From Candidatus Dadabacteria bacterium (GTDB lineage Bacteria > Desulfobacterota_D > UBA1144 > Nemesobacterales > CSP1-2): a DNA stretch of 11,817 nucleotides. Position 1 is the first letter of the stretch. Each line of letters begins with the position of its first letter. The translations under genes were made by a program, and so were the position numbers. The notes beneath the pieces are model-generated. The model was not told the DNA's origin. It saw only the letters and a program-made list of their open reading frames with translations, and did no database searches. The DNA is taken from contig PSLL01000016.1 of assembly GCA_040289575.1 (NCBI GenBank), positions 10,675 to 22,491 on the forward strand, in the 5' to 3' direction. Of the stretch, positions 8,201-11,817 are shown one piece after another.

Positions 8201-9274
8201 CTACTTTCCCTTTTTCTCCAGTGCCTCTACCACCTTCTTAACGTCCTGCGCCTTTCGCTTGTCTATGACCAGTATCGCATCGCCTGAATCAACCACAACC
8301 AAGTCCCTCACTCCAACAATAGCAATGGGTCTATTGCCTCCGAATACAAGACACCCTGAGGAATCAATCGAAACCCCCTCTCCACAGAGGATATTCTCCT
8401 CTGCATTGTTTCTTAGAAATTCATCAAGAGTCTGCCAACTACCCAAATCGCTCCAGGGAAAATCCACAGGTATTACAACCGTGTTTTGAGATCTCTCAAG
8501 TATGAGTTTATCAATTGGCCCCGGCTCTATTTGCCTATAGAATTCAATGAGAGTCATCCTCTCGCTAGGTGTATTTATATCATTCATGATTCTACCAAAT
8601 GATTTATACCAGTCGGGCAAAAGCCTATAGAATGCATCCAGGATTGTTGATATCCTCCATATAAATATCCCGCTATTCCAGTAGTATCGCCCCTCTTCTA
8701 AGAATCGTGATGCGGTTTTTAAATCCGGCTTTTCAGTAAACCTTTGAACCCTCTTAGCCCTATATTTCTCCGAGACTTCTATTACCTCACCCTCTTTTAT
8801 GTAGCCATATCCCGTCTCGGGTCTTACAGGCCTTATACCAAGCGTTACAAGGGGAAAATCCCCGTTTGGAAGCCTTGTATTTGCCACCCTCTCCCCAAAT
8901 ATGAGGACATCTCTAAAGGCACCCTCTTCTCCTATGGCATGGTCTGCGGGAAGAACTACGGTTACCGCATCAGAATCCAATTTTTTTATCTTGAGCATTC
9001 CAAGGGCAATTGCGGGGGCTGTATTCTTCCCATCAGGCTCAAGAATCAAATTAGACTGAGGAATCTCTGGTATGTGTCTTAGGGTTTCATCCGCATACCT
9101 TTCAAGCGTCACTATAAAGACATTTTCAATGGGAATTAGAGGAAGAACCCTATCCACAGTGCCTCTTATCATAGACCTTCCACCGACAAGGAAGAGAAAT
9201 TGTTTGGGTTTATCCCTTTTACTAAGCGGCCAAAACCTTTTCCCCTCTCCGCCTGCCATAATCAGCGCATACAT
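8201..9274 (-). CDS. manC: Mannose-1-phosphate guanylyltransferase (no C-terminal cupin isomerase domain)
   Basis: IMAGGEGKRFWPLS, KPKQF, EPDGKNTAPAI, LPADH, PETGYGYI, FTEKP, WNSGIF, WSDLGSW, then a short beta-helix-like tail (GVRDLVVVDSGDAILV...AQDVK). The ORF track starts at 9280; the second ATG (9274, MYALIMAGG) fits the predicted promoter better. Confidence 0.92.
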   Translation of the reverse strand: MYALIMAGGEGKRFWPLSKRDKPKQFLFLVGGRSMIRGTVDRVLPLIPIENVFIVTLERYADETLRHIPEIPQSNLILEPDGKNTAPAIALGMLKIKKLDSDAVTVVLPADHAIGEEGAFRDVLIFGERVANTRLPNGDFPLVTLGIRPVRPETGYGYIKEGEVIEVSEKYRAKRVQRFTEKPDLKTASRFLEEGRYYWNSGIFIWRISTILDAFYRLLPDWYKSFGRIMNDINTPSERMTLIEFYRQIEPGPIDKLILERSQNTVVIPVDFPWSDLGSWQTLDEFLRNNAEENILCGEGVSIDSSGCLVFGGNRPIAIVGVRDLVVVDSGDAILVIDKRKAQDVKKVVEALEKKGK

Positions 9275-9281
9275 CTTCATA

Positions 9282-9310
9282 ATATTAATCAGCAGTCCGA
9301 TCTTTCACAA
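9282..9310 (-). promoter_or_regulatory. Putative sigma70 promoter for manC
   Basis: Minus strand TTGTGA (9310-9305) - 17 nt - TAATAT (9287-9282) - 7 nt - ATG (9274). Confidence 0.5.
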
Positions 9311-9383
9311 GACTATTCCTTTGACATGACATATGGGTATCAAGGCTATAGTAAAGCCAGCACTTATGCACTGCACCCTTTTG

Positions 9384-10823
9384 CTATGGGATTAAATTTG
9401 GATTCTGTGGCGTTTTTGTGATCAGTTCCTTCGGCGACAGTAACTGCGAGGCGTTCCAGCCACCACCAAGCGCCTCGATTAATTGAACACTTGCCGTCAC
9501 CTGCTGTATTCGAATATTTACCACGATCTGACTATTGCTCAGTACTGTAGCTTGAGCCGTGAGCACATTGAGGTAAGAATCGATCCCCAATTTATACCGG
9601 TCGGTGGCGAGTGTTAAAAATCTCTCAGACGATTTAACCGCAGCATTCTGTTGTTGCAGTTGCTCTGATAATACTCGCAGCGCCGCGAGATTATCCTCAA
9701 CCTGCTGAAAGGCCATCAGTACTGTCTGCCGATAATTAGCCACTGTTTGATAATAGGATGCCTGAAATTGTTCGACAGTGGCCTTTCGCAATCCTGCATC
9801 AAAAAGTGTTTGCGCCAGTGTTGAACCCAATGACCAAAAGAGGCTTGGCCATGTAAACAATTTCGCAATTGAAGTACCTTGGAATCCTGCCGAAGCGCTC
9901 AACGTAATCGTCGGGAAATACGCCGTCCTTGCTATGCCGATCTGCGCGTTTGCCTCAGCCACACGGCGCTCCGCCGCGGCAATATCCGGGCGTCTCCCGA
10001 GAAGCTGGGACGGAACAGCCGATGGAATCGCCGGGGGATTCGCTCCAGGGGTTTAACCGGAATCGAGAATGTCGATGCCGGTTTGCCGACAAGAAGGGCA
10101 ATTGCATGCTCAAACTGAGCGCGCTGGATGTCCAGATTGGTGTCCTGAGCCTGCGCGGTTTCAAGCTGGGTCTTGGCCTGTGCGACATCCTCTTCCGATG
10201 CGATACCGGTCTGATAGCGAACCTGCGTCAGATCAAGGTATTCCTTATAGGCAGCTACCAGTTGAATCCAATAACTGCTTTAGCTCATCCTGCGCGCGGA
10301 TCTCAAAGTAATCAACAGCGACTTCCGCCTGTACAGTTAGGCGTGTGTTTTCAAGGTCGGCAGCGGTCGCCTGGGCTTCAAAGGCATTGGCCTTGACTGT
10401 GTTTTGAATACGTCCCCCCAGGTTCAGTTCCCAAGAAGCATCGAACGGCAGCGAATAGTCTGTAATCGACCTGGTCAAAAATGCCCTGGTTTGAAATATT
10501 GACCTGCTCTTCGAGCGCATTCAATTCAGGGTCGTTGAGCATCTCCCACCACTTACCCCGAATCGTATCGTCCTTCGGTTGCGCTACCTTCCAACCATCT
10601 GTTTTTTGGAATTGTCAGATGAGAGTTCCTTATAAGCCGCTGGAACCTGCACGGAAGGTCGAACATACTTTGGGGCAAGGCTACATGCGCCCAGAATTAT
10701 GGAAACACTAATCGAACCAGCTAGTATCAATGATGTACTAAGCTCATGTAATTTGCTGACCATGCATTTCTTCTCTTTTTTACCTTTCAAGAATTCAGCC
10801 TTAATTGCTCTACGCGTCATCAT
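9384..10823 (-). pseudogene. RND efflux outer-membrane lipoprotein (NodT/OprM family), frameshifted
   Basis: Joining frames gives a colinear outer-membrane factor: lipobox LGAC-SLAPKYVRP; WKVAQP...KWWEMLNDPELNALEEQVNISNQ; FDASWELNLGGRI...AADLENTRLTVQAEVAVDYFEIR; RYQTGIASEEDVAQA...EHAIALLVGKP; PSQLLGRRPDIAAAERRVAEANAQIGIARTAYFP...FQQVEDNL...LIEALGGGW. Frame breaks near 10605, 10485 (with deletion), 10259 and 10044. Start could be 10823 (GGAGAGG Shine-Dalgarno, ATGA overlap) or 10763. Confidence 0.9.
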
Positions 10824-10963
10824 CTTGGCACCTCTCCCGCGGCTGTGCCCATTGATCTTCTATGCAATCGCTCCCACCAGAGGCGGAAGCGGTCGAGATA
10901 GAGATAGACCACCGGCGTGGTATAGAGCGTAAGCATCTGGCTTACAATCAACCCACCGATGAT
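10820..10963 (-). pseudogene. C-terminal remnant of an MdtC/MuxC-like RND permease
   Basis: Hand translation: [47 protein letters not shown]. This is the last TM helix; TLYTTPVVY resembles MdtC more than MdtB (TLFTTPVIY). The TGA stop (10822-10820) overlaps the outer-membrane factor ATG. Confidence 0.8.
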
Positions 10964-11817
10964 GATTTATGGACAGGGGCATGGTTCCCGACTCAAGATG
11001 AGTAAATGCACTCAGCGGCACTTCTCCACCACCACAAGCGCCACAGTCAACATGAGCTCGAACTCGACATCCTTAACAGATGCGCGAATCGTTGCGGTGC
11101 GGTCTGTCAGAATCGAGACCCGAATGGAAGAGGGTAAATTACTCTTGAGTCGCGGCAGGAGCGTCTTGATACGGTCTACAACCTGTATGGTATTTGCCCC
11201 CGGCTGCCTCTGGATATTGACTATGACCGCCGGAACATTATTTATCCATGCCGCCTGCTTCACATTTTCGACATCGTCAATAACATTTGCCACATCAGAG
11301 AGCATCACCGGTGCTCCACCAAAATTGATCGGTAATCCTTGCTCATCAAAAGCTGGTCGTTGGCTTCGATTTGATATGACTGCTGCGATCCGTCAAAATT
11401 ACCCTTGGTCTAGTTGACGCTTGTCTGTTGCAGTGCTGTCCGTATATCTTCGCGGAATGGTGTTTGATGTCAGCGCCAACGTCAAAATCGGCGCATCGGC
11501 CGGGTTTATCTTGCTATATATAGGCGGAGTCGGAAGGTCCGTCGGCAGATAGGCCTGCGCTGCATTGATCGCCGCCTGTACCTCTTGTTCAGCCACATCA
11601 ATATTGAGGTCGAGAGAGAACTGCAATGTGATGACTGAACTGCCGCGCGAGCTTATTGATGTCATCCGGTTTAAACCCGGCACCTGCCCGAATTGTCTCT
11701 CGAGAGGCGCGGTAACAGAGGAAGCCATTACATCCGGACTGACTCCGGGATAGAAAGTTACCACTTGAATAGTGGGATAATCAACCTCCGGCAGTGCCGA
11801 AACTGGCAGTTGCCTAT
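10962..11817 (-). pseudogene. mdtB: MdtB/MuxB-like RND permease, fragmented (5' end outside the window)
   Basis: Ordered fragments: [24 protein letters not shown]...LERQFGQ...[14 protein letters not shown]...[18 protein letters not shown] | [20 protein letters not shown]...ANDQL...YRSILV | GAPVMLSDVA...NIQRQPGANTI...DRTATIRASVKDVEFELMLTVALVV | [23 protein letters not shown]. In-frame TAG at 11412-11410. The last fragment could derive from either MdtB or MdtC. Confidence 0.88.

Noticed and set aside
9321..9352. Plus-strand TTGACA (9321-9326) with TATAGT (9347-9352) as a divergent promoter
   Set aside because: The spacer is 20 nt, too long for sigma70, and no plus-strand gene follows.
10602..10607. 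A6 run as a phase-variation or programmed-frameshift site in the outer-membrane factor gene
   Set aside because: Three further lesions downstream and the destroyed permease genes mean restoring this frame would not give a product.
9778..11753. Plus-strand ORFs across the efflux region, and the minus-strand 77-121 aa ORFs treated as separate small genes
   Set aside because: The plus-strand ORFs are shadows of the RND/OMF pseudogenes; the minus-strand ones are fragments or off-frame pieces of those broken genes.

Overview
Every supportable gene in this window lies on the minus strand. The left ~9.3 kb is intact bacterial housekeeping DNA. In transcription order it holds manC (mannose-1-phosphate guanylyltransferase), gmk, rel (bifunctional (p)ppGpp synthetase/hydrolase), lepB, a DUF4845-like small membrane protein, pyrR-pyrB-pyrC, and an MgtC/SapB-DUF4010-type membrane protein that runs off the left edge and is missing from the ORF track. 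The right ~2.4 kb is a heavily decayed MdtB/MdtC-type RND efflux operon plus a NodT/OprM-type outer-membrane factor, broken by deletions, frameshifts and a nonsense codon. I see no CRISPR array, RNA gene, transposase or defence system, and no clearly new multi-gene system. The best leads are: (1) an ~85-aa N-terminal extension on signal peptidase I that aligns without gaps to the DnaK alpha-helical lid; (2) the deletion-collapsed efflux operon; (3) recurrent leaderless-type promoter-to-ATG spacing; (4) a duplicated hairpin-like motif upstream of the MgtC-like gene; (5) a pyrR operon with no recognisable PyrR attenuator.
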